Shown here: one piece after another, positions 1 to 10,830 of the stretch
How the letters are laid out: each line of letters begins with the position of its first letter
Numbering within the stretch: position 1 is the first letter of the stretch
NCBI RefSeq assembly: GCF_036321535.1
Contig: NC_087437.1
Coordinates: 77,192,001 to 77,256,000 of the forward strand
Direction: 5' to 3'
DNA: 64,000 bases
Origin: Camelus dromedarius
Taxonomy: Eukaryota
Program-made: the position numbers and the translations under genes
Notes under the pieces: model-generated
Told to the model about the DNA's origin: nothing
Database searches by the model: none
The model's input: only the letters and a program-made list of their open reading frames with translations

Positions 1-789
1 CTGTAGACAGGCTGCTTGAATCTGAGAGCTGATAATTACCACAGTTTCCCCGTTGAGCCCTGAAAATATAGATATGGTCTTGGGGGAGGGCAGATTTTTA
101 ATGAGAAAAAAAGATGAAAAAAAAAAAGGTCAGGAGTTTCTAAAGGAGGCTGGATATCCTTATAAAAGATGAGGATTAGTCTGTTAATGAATAATGAAAA
201 AAAAAATGCCTGTTTCCAAACTGGATAGTGGTATCAAATCTAAGTCACAGGAAGATTATTTTGGTGACAGTGTGAAGAATGGATTTGGAGGAAGAATTTT
301 AGGAGAGGGACACCCACTGGAATTTCAATACAGAGAATAATCAAGTGTAGTTCATAGAGGAAATGGGATCTTGTGTGGGGACAGAAGTGAGTGACTTTGA
401 TCATGAGACTAGACAACAAATGATTGTTCTTCACAATAGAATGAAAACTAAGCTCCATTTCATTAGTTTGCTAATGTCTTCCCCTTGCTGTATATGTTTG
501 TCTTGCTACCATATTTATTCATGATGATGTGTGCATATGGGCAAACAGATGCTAATTTCTGCCTCATTTAGAGGTGATGTCTCGTTTTGCCTCCTCTGTC
601 CTTGGGAAGCATTCCCAAGGACTTAGTCCTATAGCATGAAACCCCTGTACACTTCCACTCTGAATTTTGTCAAGTCTGTCAAAGATTTAACTTCTCTATA
701 TAACTCCCCCAGCTTGCCAGATAGCATGAATCTGGAATGAAAGTTAGAAATATTCCCATATCTCCTGGCATAGAGGTAGGAAGAGCACA

Positions 790-985
790 ATCAAAACTGG
801 ATCAAAATCTCAGCTCCACCATTTATTCATTCATTGAAGTTAAGCTACCTCCATTAGCATCAGTCTCCTTTCTGTAAAAATGTGTGGATAAGAATACCAG
901 AGAGGTTTGTTGAGACTATAAAATGAGATAATTTGTAAAATGGCACTAATCGTAAATAGCACATAAAAGCACAAAAAATGTTAGC
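790..985 (+). mobile_element. MIR SINE, decayed
   Basis: MIR core-like 'tcagctccaccattt...cagtctcctttctgtaaaaatg...tgagataat...aatgttagc'. Confidence 0.7.
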
Positions 986-2479
986 CAAAAGTAGTAATAG
1001 TAAGAACAGTGGTTGTATTTATGTTAACACAGCACCTATTAATACATTTTAGGATTCTTAATTACCATATATATTTATGAAATAAAGTTCTATCTGAGAT
1101 CTCATGCCTAGGCAATAGAAAATTTGCTTTAAAAATAATGGGAAAATGATTTTGTAGAGACTAGGTTTCTCTTCAGTTACAATATGGATGGTTTAACCTG
1201 TTAGCAAAAGAGCATACTCTTAATTGATAAAATCGGGAGAAAAAATTAAAGTGTAAGATGCTTAAAGTTTACAGTTGGGTAGGATTTTCAGATGTTTGCT
1301 ACTAATACAGGTAACCATGTACTGATACCAACCTCACTTTGTATTTGTGGACTCTCAGATAATCAGCTAACTCATTAGCGTAGAGACCCATTGACTGGCA
1401 ATGACTCAGGCCAAGCCTAACTCAGAAAGAGGCTTTCGCAAAGATACTTCAAGATCCAAAAAAAGAAAAAAAAAAAAATCCCTCCCACCAGTTCCATTCT
1501 TCTCCCACTATATTACCATAATTTTCAACCACAACCTGTCTTGTATGCATGAACCCTATACCCATCTCATCTTTGTGATCTTCAACATCTGACCCTGCAG
1601 CATTGGCGAATAAATGTTTTTACATCTTGGCACTCCATTAAAATCTCAATCCTCCTAAATTTATATTTCCTTTAAAATAATTTCATGCCTTTTATACAAA
1701 AGGAATCCAGAGACCTGTGTGTGTTTTATGTAGGTATTTGAACTCAACCAGCCAAGAAGCAAAGAAAAAGGAAATTCAGATATGTGGCCCCTCAGAGACA
1801 TTCTGCCTTAAAAAGCCTTTTCCCAGTAATGGGTGAGAGACTACAACTTGACAGTTATCTGCCCTCTTTGAGTTCACTATTATTTTATTTTAATTTTAGA
1901 CGTGTTTAAAGACCTAAAGACTGTGATTTTAAATCAACTAACAGGCACAGCCATGTCCAAAAATGTTTGAAGAAATAACTCTCTTTTTAAAGAAAAGTCA
2001 TTGGATATTCTGCAGAGATCCGACTTTGACCCTCGTCTTAGCAAAGCCAGACTTTGAAACAAGATATACTAGTACTGCCAGCAACATAGTCCAGTGAAGA
2101 GAGTTAAATCTAGAAATAAGCAGAGACCCACTAATCTGGGAGGGGTTGTGTTGTGAGGAAAAATTAGTCACAGTTACCCTGAGTGAAGCAGTTTTTCCGA
2201 TTTTGAAGATAATTTGTACCATGTCATCCTATGAGCAAGTCATGAAAGAAAAGAATCAAGCTGTGGTCCCTCTAAATGCCAGCAGGTCCGCTGATCATCC
2301 TCTTTCTAGGAGAACACCTGTGAGGTGACATATGATACAATTCTAATCCTAAAGGGAGGGAATGGATGGAGTATGAAAAGTAGTCTTTTGGGGTAAGTGA
2401 TTAGAATTCTGGAACTTCAGCAAAATCAGCCTATAAACATAAAAAATTTTAAGTCAATATTCAAAGTTGTGAAGAACAC

Positions 2480-3600
2480 AAAACAGCAAAAAAAAAATGA
2501 CAATTATTCAGAGAAACAATATGTTTCATGGCTCAGTTGTGAGTAGTATAATCTGTATTATATAAACACTAAATACCTACCTTTCCCAAATTGTTATACA
2601 TTTATATTCAAAGGATAGAAAGATGAGAGGTATGCACATATGTAGTGGTGGGAGCAAAGATATAGTTGGGAGAATGAATGGTGAAAGATAGCTATTTCCT
2701 AACAGGAAGTAAGTAGATACATTAGTTTTTTTAATTGCTGTGTATGAAATTACCACACACTGATCATTTCTGCATCATTTACCCAATTTCTGCACTGTAA
2801 TAAAACATTACCATAGTGCTTTTTATTAGCATACAGTTTCTGAAAGTTAGAAGTCAGGGCACCCCTTGGCTGGGTGGGTCCAGTGCTAAGGGTCTCCAGG
2901 GCTGAAATCAAGTTGGTGGCTGTGCTGCATTCTCATCTGGAGGCTCAACTATCAAAAGATCCACAGCCCGGTTCCCTCAGGTTGTTAGCAGAATTCATTT
3001 TCTTGCAGCTGCAGAGTCATGGCAGCTTGGTTCTTCAAATCTAGCAACACACACACGCACGCGCGTGCGGTGGTGGGGAAGAAATGTTCCAGTCACATGC
3101 CTCAAGACTGTCTTTTAAGACTTTCCTGATTAGATCAGGCCCACACAGGATAATTTCCTTTTTGGAGAACTTAAAACCAACTATTAGGGGGCTTAATTAC
3201 AAAAAAAAAAAAAAAAAAAGCACCCTATACTTTTGCCATATAATGTAATATAATCACAGGAGTAGTATTCTTTGAACTTTGCCATGTTCTATTGATTAGA
3301 AGCAAATTGTACATCCTTCCTAAACTGAAATTCAAAAGTGGGGAGGGGCATGGTCACACAGAGGTGTGGACGCCAGGAGACAGGGTTCAGGGATGTCTTA
3401 TTAGAATCTTACTTTCCATTGTAGACAATTCTTAAAACTGAAAAATCAAGAAATAGCAGTATGTGTGCACATGTTTTAATATGGAGACAAAATCTTAAGA
3501 TCAGCTAAAATACGTGAAAGTGATTGCCACTAAAGAGTAGTACATGGAGCAGGAGTCTTTTTGTAACTGTTTAGCTTTTTAAACTATGTGATGCATCTGT
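2480..3600 (+). mobile_element. Old L1 3' region (L1MC4/5-like), split by an MLT1 LTR
   Basis: 'aggaagtaagtaga' (to 2717) resumes as 'gtagacaattcttaaaactgaaaaatcaagaaatagcagtat...cagctaaaa...gaaagtgattgcc' (3421 onward), as in the L1MC4-type 3' end. Confidence 0.65.
2718..3420 (-). mobile_element. MaLR solo LTR (MLT1E-like)
   Basis: MLT1E-type motifs 'gctgaaatcaag', 'gcagaattcattt', 'tgattagatcaggcccacacaggataat', 'attgattagaagcaa'. 5-bp TSD gtaga at 2713-2717 and 3421-3425. Confidence 0.85.
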
Positions 3601-3699
3601 TGTATTATTTTAATTGGTTTTTATTTTTGTCAAGTAATTATAATACGGTTCTTATTGTACAGAAGGAGCTTAAACTTTCCTCAAATAATAAAAAGGAAT

Positions 3700-3935
3700 G
3701 GAAGCAGAAAATTGGGGCTGGAAAGCAATTCCTGAGAAAAGACCTGGGAGTTTTTGTTGACTGTAAGCTCAAAGTAAGTCAATAATGAGATACTGTTTCT
3801 GCAAAAAGAACAAATGCAATCTCAGGCTTTCATTCATAGAAATATGATGAATAAACAGGGGGGAAAATGTCCTACACTACCTGCATTGAAAATTCCGTGT
3901 TTGAAGTTGTGTTCATTTCTAAGCCCCCAATTTAG
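3700..3935 (+). mobile_element. L3/CR1 LINE fragment (RT C-terminal region)
   Basis: ORF 3588..3785 ends RKDLGVFVDCKLKVSQ, matching the CR1 motif EKDLGVLVD.KL.MSQ. It is followed by CR1-like 'aaatgcaatctcaggc'. Confidence 0.8.
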
Positions 3936-3944
3936 TTCTGTTTT

Positions 3945-4210
3945 TCTATTGTTATAATATCGATGCTTTATTTTTATTATATAATCAATATATGGTCTCT
4001 ATGGAAAAATTTAGAAAATAGAAAAAAATGGAGAAATCTGCAATATAAATACTTGAAACTATGTATCATAAATATTTTGGTACTGGTCTTTTTAGCTTTT
4101 TTCTCTACATGTTCACAAATTGTATGTCATACTGTGCTATACATGTCATACTATATATGTACTTCGAATGCTGCTTTTTTTTAACTTAATAGTATATTGG
4201 AGAATATTTC
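3945..4210 (-). mobile_element. Old L1 (L1ME-like) 3' fragment
   Basis: 'gaaaatttagaaaatag...tcatactatatatgtact...ctgcttttttttaacttaat' is typical of antisense L1ME 3' ends. Confidence 0.5.
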
Positions 4211-5288
4211 TGCTTTCAGACAAAAAGAAGAAACAAGGACCTAAAAAAACCTTTATTTCTGAAACCAAATATCAGACAATATAGATGAAATAACAGTTCT
4301 TTACAGTATAGACTTCAGACAAGTAGGGGCAGTGATGCATGAGAGAAAGTAAACAAGCAATGCAAGCACTATGATGCTGATCTTCCTGGGCGGAGGAAAG
4401 CTCAAAGCAGACAGCAGGGAAAAGGAACCCTGGTGGAATCCGGGAGCTGCTAGGGTCGATGAAGTGATGGTACTGAGCAGCCAGGGCAGCTAGAGTTCTC
4501 CGGGCAGTGTTCTAGAGAAGAGACCTGGAGAAAAGAGCTATACATAAAGAGGACTCTAGTGATCTTCAGAGGGGGTCCCTCTGGAATTTTCAGCCGAGTA
4601 CTGATCAGTGCATGTGTGTGAGAAAGCTGTCTGAGGCCAGGGTCAGGACAACTTATGCCAACAAGTTCTACAGCTTAAGTGAAATGGACAAATTCCTTAA
4701 AATATACCAAGAGTCAAAGCTCATTATATTAAAAAAAATCAGTGCCTAAGTAGATAGCTCTTAGATACGTTAAATTTTTGTTAAAAAACTTGTTGGCCAC
4801 GTAAGGCACTAGACCCGAATGGGTTTGCCTATGAAATTTGCCAAACATTTAAGGAGAAATAATATAAAGTCTACAGAAAATCTTCTATTACATGAAAAAA
4901 TAGGGGAAAATGAATACATTCCAACTCATTTTAAAAGCCAGCATTGCCATAAAAAAAAAAAAGAAAATTTACATACAAATATCCCTATGAATACTGATGC
5001 AAGAATACCTTGCAGACTTTTAGTAAATCATGTCCAAAAAATATTTAAAAGGATAACACATCTTGATCAAAGGAATTAACTAAAGAATGCAAATATGGTC
5101 TAACATTCAAAAATAAATCTGTGTGATTCATCCTATTAAAATTTTTTTAAAGCAAAAATAAAAACCATATGATCATCTTAAGAAGTACAGAGGAAAAATC
5201 TATTAAGCTACTTTGAAAAAGAAGAACAGAGTTTGAGGACTTACACTATTTTGCTTTAAGGCTTTCTATGAGTCTATAGTAATCAAGA

Positions 5289-5464
5289 CAGAACCCAGAT
5301 CAAGTGAGGCAGGGAAGGTGCTTATGAAAAAAAATTTAAAGAACCATCCACTCTTGGCATCATACAAATCCAAGGATGATACTTGAACAAAGCTGAGAGT
5401 GAGTTACCCCTTAAATTTTATGCCTTAAATTTAGGCATCGTGCTTTACCTCAGTCCCAGCCCTG
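5289..5464. mobile_element. MER96-like palindromic hAT (Tip100) MITE inside L1 ORF2
   Basis: Arms 'gtgaggc...aaaatttaaag..cactct' and 'gagagtgag..ccttaaatttt..cctcagtcccagccctg'. Approximate 8-bp TSD atcaagac (5282-5289) / atcaaaac (5465-5472). Confidence 0.75.
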
Positions 5465-6034
5465 ATCAAAACAGTGTAGAATTGACAACAATATCAACAG
5501 ATAGATAAAGGCAGTGCAGTTACTGCATTGAAAGACACAAGTATATTAATAGGACAGAATAGAGAGTAGAAAAATAACGCCATGTATTAGTGATCAATGG
5601 ATTTTCAACAAAGATAAGAAGGCAAGTTAATGTACAATAGACAGTTCTTCAATAACAATATATAAACAACCAATAAGCACTTGAAGAGATAATCAACAGT
5701 AATAGCTATCAAGAAAATGCAAATCACAATGAGACATTACTTCACACTCACAAAGATAATTATAATCAAAAAGACATAATAGCAAATGTTGGTAACGATG
5801 TGGAGAATTGGAACCCTCATACACTACTGGGAGGAATGTGTGCAAACAGTGTGGAAAACAGCCAGTTCCTCAATACATTAAATATAGAAATATTCAGTAT
5901 TGACAAATCTGTAGAGACAGAAAGTAGACAGAAAGCAGTTGCCTATGCTTGGAGACAAGGGTTTTTGTAGGAAATCTGGAGTGACTGCTAATGGCTACAT
6001 GGTTTCTTTTGAGGGTAATACAATGTATTGTAGT

Positions 6035-6438
6035 TGTGTTAGTTTGCTAGGGTTCCTGTAACAAAGTACCACACACTGAATGGCTAAAACAAGAAATTTA
6101 TTTTTTGACAATTCTGAGATCAAGGTGTCAGCAGCCTTGGTTCCTTCTGAGGGTTGTGAAGGAAGGATCTGTTTCAGGCCTCTATCCTTGGTTTATAGAT
6201 GGTCATCTTCCCTTTTGGTCTCTTCACATCATTTTCCCTCTATGCATATCTCTGTGTTCAAAATTCCACTTTTTATAAGGACATAAGTCATACTGGATTA
6301 GAGCCTACAACAAGTGCCTCACTTCAACTTAATTATCTCTGTAAAGGCCCTATATCTAAATGAAGTCACATTCTGAGATGCTAGCAGTTAGGACTGAAAC
6401 ATGAATTGCAGAGCGGAACGCAATTCAACTTGTTAACA
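6035..6438 (-). mobile_element. MaLR solo LTR (MLT1B-like)
   Basis: Runs from 'tgtgttagtttgctaggg' to 'caattcaacttgttaaca'. Perfect 5-bp TSD gtagt at 6030-6034 and 6439-6443, inside an L1 3' UTR. Confidence 0.9.
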
Positions 6439-6762
6439 GTAGTGATGGTTGCATACCATTGACTATTCTGAAAATCATTCAGTTGTACACTTCAGAGTGA
6501 TTCTACAAAAGATTAAAATGAGAAATGAATAAAAACCATTATTAGGAAGATTTTAAGTCAAATTTATTATGTGATACCACTGTACACAAAGTAAAATTGC
6601 TGAAGTTTAAAGACTGACAGTACCAAGTTGCAGCAAAGATGAAGAGTAACTGGCAGTCTCATGTACTGCTTATCAGAGGAAAAATTTTATAGCCACTTTG
6701 GAAAAATTTTTGTCAGTTTCATTTGTAGCGAAACATACAACTCCTCTCCTAGATTTTAAACA

Positions 6763-7498
6763 TTGTATAATAAAGAAATTACTTGGCCCTTGTCCTTGGT
6801 TTCAGGGACAGATCCTCTAAATATTGGGTTTCCGTGGTAAGAGGAGTGTCTTTGTTATTCATGATGGGCCCCTCCTATTATTACACCTTCTAAGATCATG
6901 CTAATGAGGTGACTCATTGTGGGTCCCTAGATGATATCAGAATAGAGGCTAACCTTGTCAGAAAGACCAATGATGTAATTAAAGCGTTGGGGTTTGAGAG
7001 CCACGTGATAGCAGCCCAGATTCCCAAACTCCAGGGAGGGGAGGGAGGCTGAAGATTGAGTTTAAGCATGTAGCCAGTGATTCAGTCAATAAGCGTACAT
7101 AGTGAAACCCCAGCAAAAACACTGGACACCTGAAGCTCGGGTGAGTTTCTCTAGCTAGTGAAATATATCGATGTACTGGAAAGGTGATGCATCTTGAGGA
7201 CATGGAAGCTTTGTTTGGGACCCTCCCATACCGCTCCCTGTGTGTCTCTTCTTTTGATTTTGACTTGTATCTTTTTGCTGTAATAAAAGTATAGCACCTT
7301 CCTGAGTTCTGTGAGTTGTTATAAAAAATTACCCTGCAGGGGCACCAGAAACCTGAATTTGTCGTCAGTTGGTCAAAAGTGTATGTGGCCTGGGACCCCT
7401 CAATTTGCTGCTGGTATAAGGGCAGTCTTGTGGAAGACATGCTTTTAGCCTGTAAAGTTTGATCTGACTCTGGGTAGTTAGTTTCAAAATTACTTTGT
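6763..7498 (+). mobile_element. ERV LTR (MER21C-like)
   Basis: 'gtgtctttgttattcatgatgggccc', 'gctaatgaggtgactca', 'cagaaagaccaa', 'ttcctgagttctgtgagt', 'gactctgggtagttagt'. Confidence 0.8.
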
Positions 7499-7499
7499 A

Positions 7500-8130
7500 C
7501 TCAAGAAAATTTAAAAAGTATCCACACAAGACTTTATAGGAATTTTCATAGCAGCTGTATTTAAAATGGCGAAAAACTGGAAACAACCCAAATTTCCATC
7601 TACCATGAAAAAATAAATAAGTAGAATAAATAAGTAGAAAGAATAAAGAATATACATCCACTCAATGTAATATTACCAATTAGCAAAACCAGGAATTAAT
7701 TATTGATACATGGAACAAATTACCAAATCCCAAAGGCATTGCACTATATAAAATAAGTCAGAGACAAAAAGATTAGCATTGTATGATTCCATTTGCATGA
7801 ATTCTGTTCACAGAAAATAGATCATTAGTTGGCAGGAGCTAAAAATGAAGGAAAGGTATTTTTCTGTAAAGATGATTGAGGGAACTTTTCAAAGTGATGG
7901 AAATATTTTATATCATGACCACAGTGGTGGTTACAATACTTTAAACAGTATCTTGGCCCCAATGGTACCCTGTATATAATAATCAGTTTCATTCAAGTTG
8001 TAGTTATAACTCTTAAATGTAATGTTCGATTTCTTTATTTCTTTGGCGCTTATGTAAATGTGTACATTGTGTGAAAATTCTTTAAACTGCACCCTTATGG
8101 TTTTTCCAATATATATTTTTTATTTTATTA
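7500..8130 (+). mobile_element. Old L1 ORF2 end / 3' UTR fragment
   Basis: 'aaaaactggaaacaacccaaatttccatc', 'tgtatgattccatt', 'gtgatggaaatattttatatc'. Confidence 0.7.
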
Positions 8131-8199
8131 GAGTGATTTGTGTTTTTAAATGCTACTGTTTGTCCCTTAATAGGATTTTAAAGTTTTTTTTTAATAGTT

Positions 8200-8870
8200 C
8201 TTATACATTTTTCTTAAGATCATTCCAAACAATTTATTTTATTTTTTTTTTGCTGATGTTTTAATGGGATGATTTTCATTATATTTCTCTAATTTATTTG
8301 GCATATGAAAAGCTAATGGATTAAAAAAAAGTAATTTGGTAAATGAAACATCTTTCTTAATTGTCTATTTTTAATCTTTTCCACTAGATTTTTTTATGAT
8401 CTGCATGTAGACTATCAAATTAAAGGTAAGTAATAATTTTGTTGGCTTTTTTCTAATGTTTATGTTTCTTGCCTTTCAAAAGTCAATTGCGTTATCTCAA
8501 AATTTTATAAATACGATAAATGATAGTGATGCTGTCATATGCCCTACTCATTTTTCTTACTTGAGTGAGAATTCTTCCAGTATTTAGCACTGAAATATGA
8601 TGCTGGCTAGTTTAAAATGTATGTTTGTCTTGTTAAAGGGTGCTCTTTCTCCCTATTTTGCTAAGATTAGAAAACCAGAAATACATATTGAATTTTATCC
8701 AATGCTTTACGGCATTTATTGCAAAATCTCTTGATTTTTTTCTTTTTGGTGAATTACTATGTTGTATTATTTTAATTGATTGTTTGGTTGTTCATCCCTA
8801 CATTCCTGAATAAATCCCATTTGCTATTATTCTATCAATATTCTGTAAGATTAAGTCTGGCAATGTATTT
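8200..8870 (-). mobile_element. Old L1 ORF2 fragment, antisense
   Basis: Antisense ORF2 motifs 'atatgatgctggctag', 'ttgaattttatccaatgcttt', 'cattcctgaataaatcccattt'. Confidence 0.65.
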
Positions 8871-10024
8871 TTTAGTTCTTTCACATTTTTATTTTATAAT
8901 TTGCTGTTTCTGTGATTTCTTAACAGGTTCAGCACAATTCCTTAGTTCTGGTGAGACCTTTATTTCGTTCTCAGTGTTCTAGACATACAAGCAATATTGG
9001 GTCTTCAAGGATTTGAAAGAACTTGCCCATGCAAGCTTTGGAGCTCAAACTCAATTGGTAAGATGAGAGTTTTTAGACATTGTGTTCTCCTGTGGAGCCA
9101 GTTCCATTATGCTGATCCTGGGAGATCAGAACCCAGTGTATTGAATTATCTGGGTTCCCATTCCTTGGACAAGTTGAGAGAGAATGAATAATAGAGCTTT
9201 CATATTTATATACTCCCTTTTGAATTTATCTCATTTAGTGCTATTCAAATATCTTCCTCATGGAGAATTTTGTTAGCTGTATGGCTTCAAAGAACTCTTT
9301 CTGTCAGAGCCACGGGCACAACAGGACCTGGGTCATCACAAGGGTACTTAACAGATGCGGTCCCTGAAGAGAAACCAAAGAGCTCAGGGAGCAGATGCTC
9401 CACCAGCAAGGAGGATACAAACACTCAACCATGGAACTGAGCCATAAGTGGCCGAAGAAAGAGTTTGCTTGGGTGTTGAGGCTAAAGATACTCTGTAGCA
9501 GATGGGAAATGGGAGAATCAGAACAGAGCTACAACACAGGTCCAATAGAAAAAAAAAAAAATGCAGAAAACAACAAAGTTCCATTCAGACCATATCTTAT
9601 AAAGTGCTATTAGTTGAGTGTATTATACATTTGCCTCATGATAGGTCACTTTCTGGGTCTTAGTACAGAATGCTGCATAAAATACCACTGTAAAACAGTA
9701 GTTACAAGATGCAAATTCTGAAGAACATTCAAGGGTAGCAACTGCTGATCATGGACACACTTGGAATCCAAAGACTAGATTCAGAGAATGCCTTTCTTTA
9801 CTTTCTCTTTACATTGATTTTTTTGTCCATTCAGAATCATCTAGAATGGAAAACCAGAAGTCTTTCTCACATGGTCTGCCTCCCTCCTTCCCTTTCTGCC
9901 TACTTTCTGTGCAGCTTCCAGGCTTCATCCTGGTTCAGCCCCCGGTATCCCACCTTGTGGAATCTCTTAAACCTCTGCTTGAACCTTGGGGCTGTCAGAC
10001 TCTCACTCTATTTTAGAAGGGCTC

Positions 10025-10437
10025 ATATGACATCACTTATATGAGGAATCTAAATAATAATAATATAATAATAATAATGACACAAATGAACTACTTATTA
10101 TTTATAACTTAGATGGTTGATTTCTTGAAAAGCGTAATCACATTTGACTGTACTTTATGATTGGGTTACCGCATTCTGTTGATTCTTACTTTGTAGTTGG
10201 CTTTATTCCTTTGATAACTATGTAAGTTTAAGAAGCTAAAGCTCTAATCTGTTCTTAGAAACAATGATCAGTACATATATGTAAACTAAAAAAAAGTGCA
10301 GTGTACTGTATATATGTATTTACATGCAATATGATGTATATGTGCAGTCAAACTATAATAATTCTACCTAATAAAATGAAAAAGAAAAAAAAGAATATAT
10401 CCTTTAAAAAGTAAAAAAAAAAAAAACAAAAATAATA
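10025..10437 (+). mobile_element. 5'-truncated retroposed insertion: L1 3' UTR piece, about 280 bp unassigned, poly(A)
   Basis: Begins 'atatgacatcacttatatgaggaatctaaa...tgacacaaatgaact' (artiodactyl L1 3' UTR). AATAAA near 10370, then an A-rich tail. TSD agaagggctc (10015-10024) / agaagggttc (10438-10447). Confidence 0.7.
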
Positions 10438-10507
10438 AGAAGGGTTCCATTCTTCAATGTTGAGTACAAAGAAGATAAATCTCAATTTTTCTAAAGCTGA
10501 TTACCTC

Positions 10508-10830
10508 TGTTTAAAGGTAAACTGAGGCATATGAAACAGTTTAACAGTTTATTTGAGCATCTGTCCATTGGAATAGGGCAGCACCAAACCCAAAGTAGTT
10601 AGGAGCCAGGGAAAAGATAAATAGAAAAAAAGTGTGAAGCAAAGAAAGGAAATTATTTGATTGGCTGTAGTTTGAAGGCTAGTTGGCTGGTTGTGGTTGG
10701 TTCTCCTTAGCATTTTTTTATTTTGTAAACTTGAGGCAATTATAGGCTGGAGTATCAGTTTGCTTGCATAGACCATCTTGGCATTAGAGTCACATCAGTC
10801 TAATGGCCTCCTTGCTTCATTAACTTAACA
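10508..10830 (-). mobile_element. Solo LTR, ERV1-type (MER41-like)
   Basis: TG...CA termini (tgtttaa...ttaaca) with a perfect 4-bp TSD cctc at 10504-10507 and 10831-10834. AATAAA on the minus strand near 10548. Confidence 0.8.

Larger units (their letters stand above)
4215..6500 (+). mobile_element. Old L1 (L1MD/MB-like): 5' region, ORF2 pieces and 3' UTR, internally deleted
   Basis: 5'-region motif 'cagccgagtactgatcagtgcatgtgtgtgagaaagc'. ORF2 relics include 'tatgccaacaag...gaaatggacaaattcctt' (YANK...EMDKFL), ORF 4819..5079 (IPMNTDARI...HLDQ, cf. ISLMNIDAKIL...HHDQ) and 'aaaaccatatgatcatc'. 3' UTR motif 'gagtgactgctaatgg'. Confidence 0.85.

Noticed and set aside
6979..7440. Longest ORF (153 aa, minus strand)
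   Set aside because: It lies wholly antisense within the MER21C-like LTR and has no recognisable domain.
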